A stretch of DNA of 52,333 nt, counting the filler, from Reticulomyxa filosa (Eukaryota; Protista; Foraminifera), in NCBI GenBank assembly GCA_000512085.1. It is 13 parts of 13 records of this genome, joined end to end, with 100 filler letters (N's around TTAATTAATTAA, not from the genome) between each part and the next. Parts side by side here need not be neighbours in the genome. Positions count along the whole stretch, not along the records: positions 39,105 to 42,186 come from ASPP01006577.1; positions 42,287 to 46,041 come from ASPP01026862.1; positions 46,142 to 52,333 come from ASPP01006448.1; 10 more parts are not named here. One strand, given 5' to 3'. Position 1 is the first letter of the stretch; each line of letters starts with the position of its first letter. This document shows, piece by piece, positions 40,115 to 52,333 of the stretch. The notes under the pieces were generated by a model that saw nothing but the letters and a program-made list of their open reading frames with translations, ran no database searches and was not told where the DNA came from. Position numbers and translations under genes: made by a program.

Positions 40115-41070
40115 CTTCCTCGAATATGTTTAGACGGGAAAAGGGGGGAGGAAAAAAATATATTTAGTCGCCACCTGGCCTCAAAAAAGTTAAAGAAAAA
40201 AACGCTTTTGTTAAACATTTCGTGGTTTTTGTATTAAAAATTGATGAGGTGCATATAATTATTAAACTAGACAATCAGATCTTTTTCTTGGAATATTTTG
40301 AAAAATGTGGAGAAGCCGCAAAGAGAGAACTACTTTTTTAAAAAAAATGGATTAATTTCAGGAAGTGAGCAAGATTTGGGCTGAATGATTTGGTGTCGAC
40401 AACAGACACCAAATGTGGATTTGCATTGGTTATAAAGAGGCCATAATTGTCAGGTCATGTTTGTTACTTTTTGAAACTTTGTTTAAACGAACAAATTTGG
40501 TTTGAATTTAATTTGGCATTTTTAAATGTTCTTTATTTTAAAGTGACGAATCTTTGTCAATCGTTTTTGAGGGAAAAAAATTGATAAACTCCTATGGTTT
40601 TACTTCTGTTGTTTCACAAAAGGAATGTTGCTCTTTTCTGTTTTTGAATAAACTGTTGCAAAATTTAAAAAAGCAAATTTTTCTTTGTGAGACAAGTTAT
40701 GTGACGAGTGCAGACCTACAAAAAGATATTGCAAATAGTGAGAAAAAAAGAAAAATCCTAATAAAACAAGGGAAAACAAGAAAAAAATATATGAAGGCAA
40801 GGTGGTGCCTTTTTTTTCCGCCAACTGTCCGAATACTTCTCACATAAATTTTGTATCAATCATGTTGCTTTTTTCTTCCAACTTTTGCTAATAATAAAAA
40901 ATTCACCAACTCTGTATTGACAAAGAAAGCAAATAGAAGAAATAAAAACTCTCCAAAAAAAAAGGGGTGAAAAAAAAATCTAAACGAGAAAAAAAGAATT
41001 TTTTTTTGAAAGTATACTTTTTTTTTTTAGGGGATGCACAAAAAAATTTGATTATTATTTTTTTTTTTGA

Positions 41071-41725
41071 TTAGTTGGCCAAATCTTCCGAGACATCCAT
41101 GATCTGGACAACAGGAAACGCGCTCCAGAAGTTCTCAATGACTTGCTTATAAGCAAGTGGGTCTCCTCTGAGACGTTTACACGAGACAATGTATTTGGAT
41201 TGGAAGCGATATTGCCGTACTTCAAACTCAGCATCAAAGGGCATTCCAGCCTCGCCTCCCAAGCACTGCACAATGCATCTGACCTCTTTGGGGACAATCT
41301 TGACCGTGGTGGACTCTCCCATGGTTTTGGCATGCTTTTCAAAAGCGGCAGCGACAATGGCAGGAGAGAATTGGGTGAAGAAGAAAAACGGGGTGCTAGC
41401 AAAGGTTCCGTTGTTAAAATCTTCGACAAACGAATCAAATTCGCCATGGGGGTCAATTTCTTTGACGCGTTCATCGTACAGTTTTTGAATCAAATGATGG
41501 TCATATTGTTGGTTGTTATTACGGTTGAAAGTATCTTTCGTACCTTCGCCTCGATGAACGTCTGCTTCTTGAGTCAACGATGCGGTAGCCTGTTGTTCTT
41601 GGATTTTCTTTGCTCTGTCTTGACGCACCTTCACTCTTCGTTGTTCCAAGTACTTGCCCAATTCGGCCGCCGACTTCACTTCCAATTGATACCACGATCG
41701 TGTGTCCGTTGCTGTCGTCGCCGTC

Positions 41726-41763
<38 letters not shown>

Positions 41764-42092
41764 GTGCGTGCGTCGCCGTCACCGTCGCTTCCTTCTTAGG
41801 CTTCTTCTCCTTCGACCCATACAATGCGTTCGGTACACGATAAAAGTCCCAGCTCTCCTTTCGGATTTGGTCGATTGTGGGTCGCTCTTCCGGGTTCGGG
41901 TGCAACATCTTCAACAAAAAGTCCTTCAGGTTTGAGGAAACGCACGCGATCGCTCATGCGCTGCCCAAAACAATCCGTGCTTCGACCACTCTTCCTTGCG
42001 GTCCAACAGCTTCCCACTCGCCCGTTCCTTCCATCCATTTTCCAAACGATTCCACCACCAATCCGTTGGGATCGCATCATTGAATGGAGGAA
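41071..42092 (-). CDS. Ser/Thr protein kinase (CAMK-like), C-lobe end plus KA1 domain (5' truncated), several frameshifts
   Basis: PPFNDAIPTDWWW, LKDFLLKMLHPNPEERPTIDQI (subdomain XI), terminal YIVSCKRLRGDPLAYKQV (KA1 signature). Confidence 0.82.
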
Positions 42093-42286
42093 CTTTCCAA
42101 ACATTTTTTAAAAATTTTTAAAAAAGGAGTACGTTTTTTTTTCATATGTATATGTATATACAAAAAAAGCAAAAAAAAAAAAAAAGNNNNNNNNNNNNNN
42201 NNNNNNNNNNNNNNNNNNNNNNNNNNNNNNTTAATTAATTAANNNNNNNNNNNNNNNNNNNNNNNNNNNNNNNNNNNNNNNNNNNN

Positions 42287-45200
42287 CTCCTCCAATTCGA
42301 TTGTTCTCGTTGGATGCCTCGGTGTCTATATCCGTGGCGGGTGTTTCTTGAAACGCATCAGCATCTTCCTCTTGGATCGTTTCTGGAATGGTCATGGCTT
42401 GGTCCGCTACAATCACATGGGTCTTCACACTCGCAGTCGCCACTGTCACTATTCCATTGCTCTCGGAATCCGTGGGTGGAGACTGGTCTACGTCATCGTC
42501 TATTGCCGACAACGGCATGATGTGATTGGTTTCCTCTCTGACTTTGTCTATTTCTTTTTCTTTTTCAGTGACAATCACTTGGATATGAGACTCCTGGCTT
42601 TTCGAATGAACTGGGGAAGATTGCAATGAAGAGGACGAAGCATGTGTCTCTTCAGTTGCCATTTTTGCTTGTTGTGGAGATATTGCAACACTTGGTGTCG
42701 CTTTTTTTGTTTTATTTGTTTTTATGTTGTATTGTATGTGTGTGTGTGTGTGAGCGTTTGCTTGTTTGTTTCCTTTGCAATATGCAACTTACATTTAAGT
42801 ATGAAACGTGTAAGAATGAATTTTTTTGTACTTTGTACCATGCAACAATTCAGCAAGATTTTCTGTTTCATGCCCGTCGATGGACTGCACCGGCACAATT
42901 GCACTGGATGGGACACTCGACCGTGATTCTTCTACTTGATTGTGATTGTTGATATTGGTATTGGTATTGGTGTTGGTGTTGATATTGGTATTAGTATTAG
43001 TATTGGTATTGAAATCTTTACCATTGTCATTCACTTTTACGTTTGCATTCACATGGCTATTGCTATTCGTATTGCTGTCACCAGTTGCAGCGACAGGAGG
43101 AGTCTTTGTTTCAATTGTTGTTACGATTTTTGCACCGTTTTCAAAGTGCGACTTTTCGGTCGTATTTCGTGGGGGTGGTTCAATCACAGAATATGATTCA
43201 TTCTCTGAAGGGGGATTTCCGACAACAATGCGAAGCGTCTGCTTCTGTTTGAGCTTGCGTTGTTTGTCTGGATCTTTTTCTTCGCCCCTGTTTGCATCAC
43301 TTTCATCTTCTTCCGGAATTGCTTGTGACATCGCAGCCTCAGGATTTAGTCCTCCCAATGTACTTGAATGACCTGTATACATTATTCCATTGAGATTTTT
43401 ATTCCACGAAAAACAGATACAATCCGATTGCATTTGCAAAAAAAAAAAAAAAAAAGGGAGTAGAGGGTGGAAATGCATACGTACATAAACATATACGTAA
43501 ATATAGATAAACCTTTGTGTTGCTTGTTGGGTCTTTCAGTTTTCGAAGTTGTGTGGGTCTTATATCGTTTCAAATGTCTTCTTTTTACTTTTGCTTTTTC
43601 CATTCTTTTTTTGGCGTTATTTTCCCATTTTTCTCTACTCTTTTCTTTTTCTTGAGTTAACTGTGATCTTCGTTCTCTCTCACGAAGCAAGGCAACGTCT
43701 ATACTTTCTCTGCGAGAATCATCAGGGGATTTTAGTTCATTCATATTCAAGCCTTTCATTGATTACGTTTTTCAGTAAAAAAGAATAAATACGTATACAC
43801 ACATACACCAAAAACGCAAGAAGAGCATTTGTTATTCCGTCATATATGGACGCTACATGATATGTACACATGCTGTGGAAGGTGGGGGGGGGGGGGACAT
43901 TTAGACAAACAAACCCATGTCTTCTTCGGTCAAATTTTCTGTGTCATAATCGTCTACATCCGAAACAGATAAAGACGGACTTTTCACACTATTATTGCTT
44001 TTGACATCCAATAATTTGGGTATATCTTGTCTCGGACTTTTTTTGGAAGGATCTTGCTCGGTTTGGTTTTGTAGTGATTGCTGAATATCCTCATCAGTGC
44101 TATGGTCGTTGCTACTGTCTTCATCAATTTCATTAGTGTTGGAGGAATGTCCGTTGTCGTGATCATTTCCGTTGTCATTGTCCTCTTCATCTTTCTTCAT
44201 CTTCATCTTCCTCTTCTTCGTCATCGCTCCATTCCTGCGATACATAGCTCAATACATCGCTGTCATATTTTTCCTTTTTTTTTTTTTTTTTTCTTGCTTC
44301 GCCTTGTTTTTATCTTCGTTTGCACCTTTTTCATTTGATCCTTTCGAATGACTATTGTGATCTGTCGAGGAATGAGTTTGTGTTTGTATTTGTATTTGCA
44401 TGAAAATCTAAAAATACAAATACAAATACAAATACAAATGCATTGAAATGATTTGGAAGAGCATAGCCGCTCTATTCAAACCAACAAACACGTATTCACA
44501 GAATAATACGTACCCGTTTTACTGTTGGAATGAGTGCCAGTGTCATGGAGTTGATGAGGGGCCGAAAATACACTGTCGTCATCCGTTTTTCCTGTTTTGC
44601 TACCACCTGTCTTGCTGTCCTGTCTACCATGGCCATGACTATGATTACGATTGTGATTGTGCCCATAATCATATTCGTGATTATGGCCCGAATTGTGCTG
44701 GCTGTGACTGTGACCATGACTATAACCATTGCCACTATCGTGATGATGATTCTGACTGCCATGTGATTCATTTGGAACGGTAGTTTGATTTTTTGTCGCA
44801 TTGTTGCTATTTTGTCGACTGTGTGCATGCCGGGACTTGTCGTTGCTGTCATGTCCGACATTGACGTCAACGCCTTGGCGTTCCGAAATCAGATGGGTAT
44901 TGTCCTTCTTCTCCAGATTGATCGTGGAAGACGTTTGCGATTTTCTCGGAGCTTCGGCTTCCACTTTCGTTGCCTTCAACGAGTTGCGAGATAATGACTG
45001 GCTTATATCTTGTCCGGCCGTTTCACTTTCATGATCCTGTTTCATGTCCAAGTCTTCATCTTCATCTTCTTCATTCTCTTCTTCTTCATCATTCTCTTCT
45101 TCATCTTCTTCATTCTCTTCTTCTTCTTCTTCTTCTTCCTCATTTTCTTCTTCATCATCCTCCTCCTCCATTTCTTCTTGTACAGACATTTCGTTACTGG

Positions 45201-46041
45201 GATTAGGCATAGGATTAGGATTAGAGCCAAGATTGGAACTCGGGTTTATGTTTAAGTTAGGGTTCGGATTTGGATTGTAACTTGGATCAATCGACTTTGC
45301 GTCGCGTTTATGAGGATCGCCTTCCTGAGCCAGAGCAGACATGTCATATTCTTTCAATGAGTCTCCTCGTTTAATCGAAAATCTCCGCTTATGTTCGACA
45401 TTGGTATTTTTTGCATTGAACTGCTCGATTTGCGCGAGCGAATTGGTGGCAGAGGATCTTGCCCGTGTATGTGATAAATTATTATTATTATTATTATTAT
45501 TATTGTTATTGTTATTGTTATTGTTATTGTTATTGTTATTATTATTATTATTACTGTTATTGTTATTGTTATTGTTATTGTTATTACTATTATTATTACT
45601 GTTGTTGTGCTGGTCGGGGTCAATAGCAACGTCGGGCAGCGGCGAATTCCCGGACATGTCAATCGAAGTACCGGCAGAAGCAGCAGTGGAACTTGCAGCG
45701 GCATGTTTGTATCCACGGGCGTTGGCGACGGCTTTAATCATTGGCAGCACGCTGCTGTCAAACGTGTGCGAGGAGTCATTGGCCTCAGCCCTGTGTGCCG
45801 GCCTGGATGCATTCGCGTAATACATTTGCACGGGGGCGCCAGACACTTCGAACTGTTTGTGCTCGGAGGGATCGGCCATTGATTGGATATATTGATGATT
45901 CACACTGTCTATTGTATTCATTGGATCCATTGGATTCATTAGATTCATTGGGTTTATCCCATTCATTGAAATTATTGGATTCATTGGATCTGTTCCATTC
46001 ATTGAATTCATGGGATTCATTGAATTCATTGGATTCATTGG
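42287..46041 (-). CDS. Large multi-exon intrinsically disordered protein (both ends truncated)
   Basis: Successive minus-strand ORFs (44476-46038, 43901-44245, 43382-43759, 42795-43478, 42287-42662) separated by typical introns; MNP/MNS repeats, poly-Asn, poly-Glu and His/Asn tracts. Confidence 0.55.
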
Positions 46042-46141
46042 NNNNNNNNNNNNNNNNNNNNNNNNNNNNNNNNNNNNNNNNNNNNTTAATTAATTAANNN
46101 NNNNNNNNNNNNNNNNNNNNNNNNNNNNNNNNNNNNNNNNN

Positions 46142-46212
46142 TTCATGGAGAAAATCAATTATCATCATATGATATCATTTTATGCGTTCAGTTTTCTTTG
46201 CAACATACTGTA
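46142..46212 (-). repeat. Dispersed repeat, copy 2 (matches 9993-10063)
   Basis: Reverse complement is 65/71 identical to 9993-10063. Confidence 0.85.
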
Positions 46213-46947
46213 TTAAATTTATTAATCCAATAATCTTTTCATTGTGTAAAATCTATTTCTTTAAAATTTTAATTTAGTTTATTAATTTTATTTTATTTTT
46301 TTCTTATATTAAATAGTTTTCATACATTCATGACACAATAAACTTTTTGTAATTGTCATTTAATCCACAAATAACATGAACTCTGTTTTATAATTATTAA
46401 TATTAAAAAGATAAATATGATTCAGTTGGTAACGCAAATTAGTATCTTTTCCACGTATAATAATTTACTGAATACTTAAGCAAATGAATTATTGTCATTG
46501 TTAGTATTATACTTTTTGTGTTTGTTTTTCTATTCGTAGTTCGTTAACATAGATTTTGAAAATAGTACAATTTTCGAAGAAATTTTTTGATAGTGTTAGC
46601 AAATGCAAGAAGTTGTGAATTTAAAAATTCTTTAAAAATTATGAAAAAAGTTCTGAGTGAGCCATTTTTATTTGTTTATTCTTCACTGTTGTCTTCTTTT
46701 ACTTTGTTTCCATGATTAATTGTTTTTAACTTCTTTTCTCAAAGAACAAATTTTATCGTAAAGACATTTTGCAAAATCTGACAAATAAAGTCTACTGTAG
46801 TCTCTCTCTTAACACAATGTATACTTGATTTGTTTAAATGTTGAATCGAAGTTGTTTTCTTTAAGGCAAGACAGCGACTCAGTTCTCAAAAAATTCAGAA
46901 AGTGGCAAAACATGGATCTCTTTCATTTGTATCTTTAAACTACAAAC

Positions 46948-47591
46948 ATGCGCCGACGTGCATCAGGGAATTTTAAAAGTTTAATAATGTCAACTGATAA
47001 ATCATCTGCGTCATCTTCAATAGTTTTTGGGCGTGTCTCGAGTTGCGCAAGACTAGCCTTAGTGATAACGGTGATAGTGTTGCTTGCGTTAGTTGAGTGT
47101 AAAATACTTTGGGTGAACGAAATACAACCAAACTTGAAAGGGTTAGAAAAGGTTTTGAACGAGAAGAGCAGACTTAACATAAGCAACGATACTAGAGAAG
47201 AGATAAAAACACTCTTGCGACAATATCCTTTAACATCGGATGCGAAAAAGCTGAAATCATATTTGACTTGGACAAACGAAAAAGTGGCAACGCCCAACAC
47301 CAATGACAAAGGAGAGTTATGTGGGCGATATTGGTTATACAAGCACATAGGCCTGGTGATTGTCCCGATGAACTTGAATATAATCGCATCTACGCACAAA
47401 GAGCAAGCGTCGTCGTATTTGTATTTGACAAATGTGAACAAATTCGTGAAGCTGCATAAGAAGGAAGACTTTCGAAACATAACAATTTGGATATCGGTGA
47501 TAGGAACATGGGAGAGTTATGCCGGCATCGCCACGGCAATGAATTTATCTGCGATCAATGGTGACCATGATGATGATGATGATGATGACCC

Positions 47592-47635
<44 letters not shown>

Positions 47636-49452
47636 TCGATAATGACAATGAGGATAAAAACGTAATGCAAGATCGCATGGTTTGGAAATTTCCATTACTA
47701 TTCACAATGAATGGAAACTACTCAATTGTGATGAAACTTTTATTTTGGAATGGACATTTGGACAACGATATGATTCGATGTCAGTATCACAAGAATCAGC
47801 TGCCAGTATCGACGTTGGGATATGAGCACAATGTGCAAGTTATGTATCGCATCCCGGAGCATTTCCGCTTCTACGGCCAAGTGGAAAGCTGTTGCGAGTT
47901 GTGCACACGCATCAAAGGTTGTGTGGCGTGGAGCAGTGGAGGCAAGGGATCTGATCGCTGTGTATTATATCACCATGGCGACAGAGACAATGATAATGAT
48001 GATAATTTTTTTAGTAATGAATATGATAATAATGATTACGAGCAGATCCAATCTTTTATCGACGTCGTCAAGTTTTCCGATGCCAATGGATATACGTCCG
48101 GTACTAGTCGCAATGAAAACACAAACAGGTATTTGGGGAATATGCTGAACATTCACGCGCCTGCGGAACGGTGTTATATGAAGGCGTTGGACCAAGTGTA
48201 TGCCAGCGGATTTAACTTTGAGATTGACAGTGACGCTAATAAAGACAATCATCTTATATTTCGTCCTTCGACTCTTTTGGTGCCTTTGACTATCGCAAAT
48301 CTTAATGGTGATGCAATAAATACACGCTCGTGGCCCAAACGGCCGCTGTGCTCTCAATTGTGGAGCCACGGACGTTGGCTGTCACTCCAACTTTTAGATC
48401 CGCAGTGGCTCAATTGTGACAACTCACATGTGGAGTCACAGAGACAAAATCCTCTTTGCTTTATTGCCAGGCACGAGTGCACCTTCCCAGGGTCTTCGCA
48501 GCAAAGCAATTGGCCTAATTTCTTTTTTGAACCTTATCAATGCTCTTGGAATGTAATGACCCCACTCCAGATTCGCACTTGCTTGGCCATGTCCAAGTCC
48601 AATGCCAACAAAATCACCAAAATCTTGTTGGCGGGAGATTCTATTATTGGCATTTTTGATCGCGCTTTTCAAAAGACTTTTTTAGGTGTGTTTGATGAAA
48701 AGAAACTCATTTCTATCGATCGATTTTCTCATGCATTGCAAGACCATTCCTATTCCAATATCAGCATTATCAATATCGGCTACAGTGAAAATGTTGACGA
48801 ATTTGATCGCTTGAAGCCCTTTGTTGAACAAGTTCGGCCGGATGTCATCATTCACAACTTCAAGATTATGCATCGCATGTGGCATCAATCGACTACCCAA
48901 TTTCGCCAAGGTTTTCTTCCCTTTTTTTATATTTCTATATTCTCCTTTTTTTTTTTTTTTTTATGCCTCACTATTATCATTCATGCACGTTGCAATAATA
49001 TCAAAAAAAATTATACATATATATACGTGTACCATACAGAAATGATTTATTTTCGTGATGAGTCCAAAAAATTGTTTGACCGAGTTTACGGAACTCAGTC
49101 AGACTCATGGCCTATACGCATTTTATTTGAGTCCCCTTATTTGACGAGTGAACGAGAATATCATGATACTGGCCCCCGCAGTATCATTTTTAATCGTATC
49201 ATGCGTGACATATTGGAGCCAACTGGTTGGATCATTTTGCCCATTTCCGAAATTTCCATGGCCCGAATGTATGACTCGACTCGCCGGGCTTTGGATGGAA
49301 TGCACTTTGATGACAATGTAAGATATGAAATTGCAAGGGTCATTTGGGACTTGTTGTGTCGCTTTGACCGAAAAACGCTATCTGTTCGTGACGACTGGCC
49401 TCACGAAAACTTGAGAAGTAATCCTAACTCTCTCTTTCTCTCGTTGAACTGA
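46948..49452 (+). CDS. Type II membrane protein with PAN/apple-like Cys module and SGNH PC-esterase/NXPE-like domain, ~791 aa; exons 46948-48910 and 49040-49452
   Basis: N-terminal anchor LALVITVIVLLALV; ESCCELCTRIKGCVAWS...CVLY; GRW; FEPYQCSW...CL; ILLAGDS (catalytic Ser); DGMH (DxxH); 129-nt GT-AG poly-T intron. Confidence 0.75.
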
Positions 49453-49933
49453 ATAACGAGGGATTTCTCTTTTTTATTATCCTCTAGTAACAAAACGCAA
49501 ATTTCAATTTTAGTAATGCAACAATCAATAAACCTTATTTCACTTTGCTGTGTTTTCTCTTTTTTGCAAAAAAATGTGACACTGTTTCAAAAAGCAAAGT
49601 AAATGTTGGCAATAAAGTAATGTTGGATCATATTCAAATATTGACAATTTTTTTGAAATTGTAGTGTTTACAAACTTTTTTTTCATTTCAAACGAGCAAC
49701 CAAATATTTGATTGTACTGAGAAATAAGTTAACCAAATGAAGCAAAAAAAGATTCAAATTACACACGTTGTTTCGCAAGCTTTCATTGATTGTTAATGGT
49801 GGCATCAAAAAAAACAAAACCAAATAAAACACAGATAACTCCGTCAATCAGTTTTTTCTGCGCTCGAATTAAAAGTACATTTTTTTTTTTTGTCGTAAAA
49901 AACTCAAAAATGTTTTAAGTTAAAAAATATGAA

Positions 49934-51205
49934 CTATGCAGTAGAGTGATCAGACGTATCTTTTTGTTCAATTTTGCGAATAACAACTTTTTGATACAAG
50001 CCGTCAAAATACAATTTTTTTTCGGCGATATGGACTTGTGAGCGATAATGTGGATCGATCCACTGGGAGATGTCGTGATTCCACAAATCCATGGCAAAAG
50101 GTTCCAAGCGAGTCAAAACTTGTTTCATGAAATATTTCCAAGGATTAAGACGATGAACAGGTTGATGATAATCTACAATGATCAATTCGTCTTTCATAAC
50201 ACGAATGGCTTCATTCAGCGTTTTAACTCGAACGTCAAGCGGTTGTTCATGCAGCAAGAAAAACAATAGTACGCAATCCATGGAACCTGTTTCAAAAGAT
50301 AATTGGGAGCTATTTTGTTGGTCTAATAAAATATCGACAGATGACCTATTGTAATCGTTCTTGTTCACAGTTAGTGTTTTTGGATTTAAACGCTCAATTC
50401 GATAGGCAAGCTTTTCAAAGGTGTTTTTCAATTGAATTGGCGCAATGTCCACTATATGGTAATTGTACTTACTGTCACTAGTGCTTTGTTGTTTGTTATT
50501 CCTATTCAACAGAATCTTCGATACTAAATGCTCACTCAGGTTACCATAAACGCATGCTATTTGTAGAATATTCTTGGTACCACTTTCACCATTTAGGAAA
50601 TGGTCTTGCACATGTCTTAATGCTTCTTCTCGTAAAGCATTAAAATTACCCCATAAAATTAGATTTACCAACCACTGCCGTTCCCAGAATCGAACTGCCT
50701 GTGGATGGAGATAGGCCCACCTTACACACAATTCCCGATTTATTTTTTTTTTTTTAAACTTTATGACTATCTCTATATATTTACCCCTGTATCAAAATTT
50801 TTTTTTGTTTGTTTACCAATAGGTGTGATGAAGATATTCAGGAATAATGTCTTGTTCCCAATGTGTCATGTTGCTATCTTGATCAGGGTCACAATGCGTG
50901 CGACCTTGGCAAATTAAACGAACACCCGCGTCAACGAAATCAGTTTGCTTTGGAACTTTTATCGTTACACCAACAGGAGAAAGAGAGGTCGTATGGATAC
51001 GACTTTCTTGTCGCTTGCAGTGCAGTTCTCTTGTAACTACTTTGCTACAACGTCCCAATGACATTAGCTTCTGTCTGTAATTTGACGTTGCGACACGAAA
51101 AAGCTTGGATTGTGGAAACGAACAGCTCATCGGAAATCTATGGATTAGTGCACTCACTTTGCTTGTATCAAAGAAACTGATTTGTTTTTCCGAGGGACTC
51201 ACCAT
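49934..51205 (-). CDS. rquA: Rhodoquinone biosynthesis protein RquA with N-terminal presequence-like extension; exons 51205 (or 51130)-50817 and 50720-49934
   Basis: Spliced sequence IPEYLHHTYW|WAYLHPQAVRFWERQWLVNLILWGNF, LQIACVYG, DIAPIQL, LLFFLLHEQP, IVDYHQP, LEPFAMDLW, GLYQKVV: the RquA family signature. GT-AG intron 50816-50721 (96 nt). Confidence 0.93.
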
Positions 51206-52333
51206 AGCCCAGTTTGTTCGGTCCAAACATTTTTATTTCTTCTAGTTTTTTGAAAGATATGATGCCAAGCAATTTCTACTTTGATTAAATGATGAAAATA
51301 TTAACTCAAATTTTTGAAATTTGAGCGTTAATTCATATAAATAAACAGAAATTTCAACACAATTGCTGTACTGTTCAATACTTGAATATGGTCAAATTTT
51401 CAACACATGAAAAAACTGGATTAAGATTAAACAGACATCAATTCAATTCCGCAAGTGATTATATACTTTTTGAAGATAGATCAATCTTTTCTTTTATCAA
51501 TAATTGTTAATGCGTTCTTAACATAACAGAAAGGAATTTTGTTAACTTTTGTTGATGTACTTTTTCAATAATAAGTTTGAAAAAATTAATTTTTAACATT
51601 AATTTTGCTAGCAAAACTGACAAATTTTTCAAAGAAAAAAAAAATTAACGTTTCTTTTTCTTGAACAATTTTTGTAAAAAAACATTGCAACGGTTTGTCA
51701 GTGATTTACCATTGAAGCAATAAAAAAAAAATCACTTTTCAGTAAACTTCGTTATCAAGAACCAAACGTCTTAAATACTTAAAAGTAGCTTTACTTGTAT
51801 TACAAAACAAAAGCATAGAAATTAGAAAACATTATGTATAAGAAAGCTAAAGAACATCAAATAAAATACAAAAACAGCAAAAGATATCTTGCAATGAAAT
51901 AGCAGTAGTTCACTAATACAAAATATAAATTCAACTATTTTGGATCAAATGACACAACTAATGAAACGTTGCTTTAGTAAGCTTCAATTTGAACAAATTC
52001 AAGTAAACTAGTCAGTGCATGAAATAAAAGCGAACAATATCTAAACTAAATCATTAAATATATGTATGCAATATCAATTGAAAGGCCAAAATAAAAATCA
52101 AAAAAAGTAAAAGCTAAAACTAATAACAATAAATCAAACTGCAAATAGATATTTTATTATTTAAAAAAGATAAAATATTATATTAATTGAATCAAGCATA
52201 TAATTACGTTTCATAATATGCTGTATTTAGTGAAAATACGTCTAATTGTTGCAAAAGTCAATTGTATTCTATTTATACAATTATTATTTTCATATTAATC
52301 ATAGTGTATTGTTCACAGCAAAAAATTTTACGT

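Noticed and set aside
45341-45820. Poly-Leu, poly-Ile and poly-Val ORFs that look like membrane proteins (also 27805-28017, 30130-30623, 34914-35393)
   Set aside because: Antisense or off-frame shadows of AAT/AAC/GAA codon repeats in the real genes.

Overview
AT-rich, intron-containing eukaryotic nuclear DNA read in the standard code. Gene style (poly-A/poly-T introns, poly-Asn tracts, a Kelch+WD40 gene with a 'HW.R...GWIDEFDKII' linker) most resembles the foraminiferan Reticulomyxa filosa (Rhizaria); this is inference, not a search result. The window is not one locus: it is 13 unrelated contigs joined by 12 identical artificial 100-bp spacers (N44-TTAATTAATTAA-N44), so gene neighbourhood across spacers is meaningless. 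Recognisable genes: E. coli-type GTP cyclohydrolase I, a 4-TM protein with a C-terminal SHP box, a PH-domain protein, a polycystin-2-like channel, a BAH-domain protein, a 7-TM receptor-like protein, dynamitin, F1 ATP synthase beta, twinfilin, Kelch+WD40, an ankyrin protein, a kinesin, a G-alpha subunit, a TMEM135-like protein, a cold-shock-domain protein, a SPRY-like protein, a KA1-domain kinase, a PAN/SGNH (PC-esterase/NXPE-like) protein and RquA. Highlights: (1) a spliced, probably mitochondrion-targeted rquA, implying rhodoquinone-based anaerobic respiration; (2) a G-alpha with both catalytic residues (switch I Arg, switch II Gln) replaced by His and a ~274-aa insert; (3) a bacterial-type GCH1 with an out-of-frame presequence-like leader; (4) frameshifts in at least seven genes that all correspond to one base missing from a homopolymer run, most likely pyrosequencing-type undercalls rather than pseudogenes.
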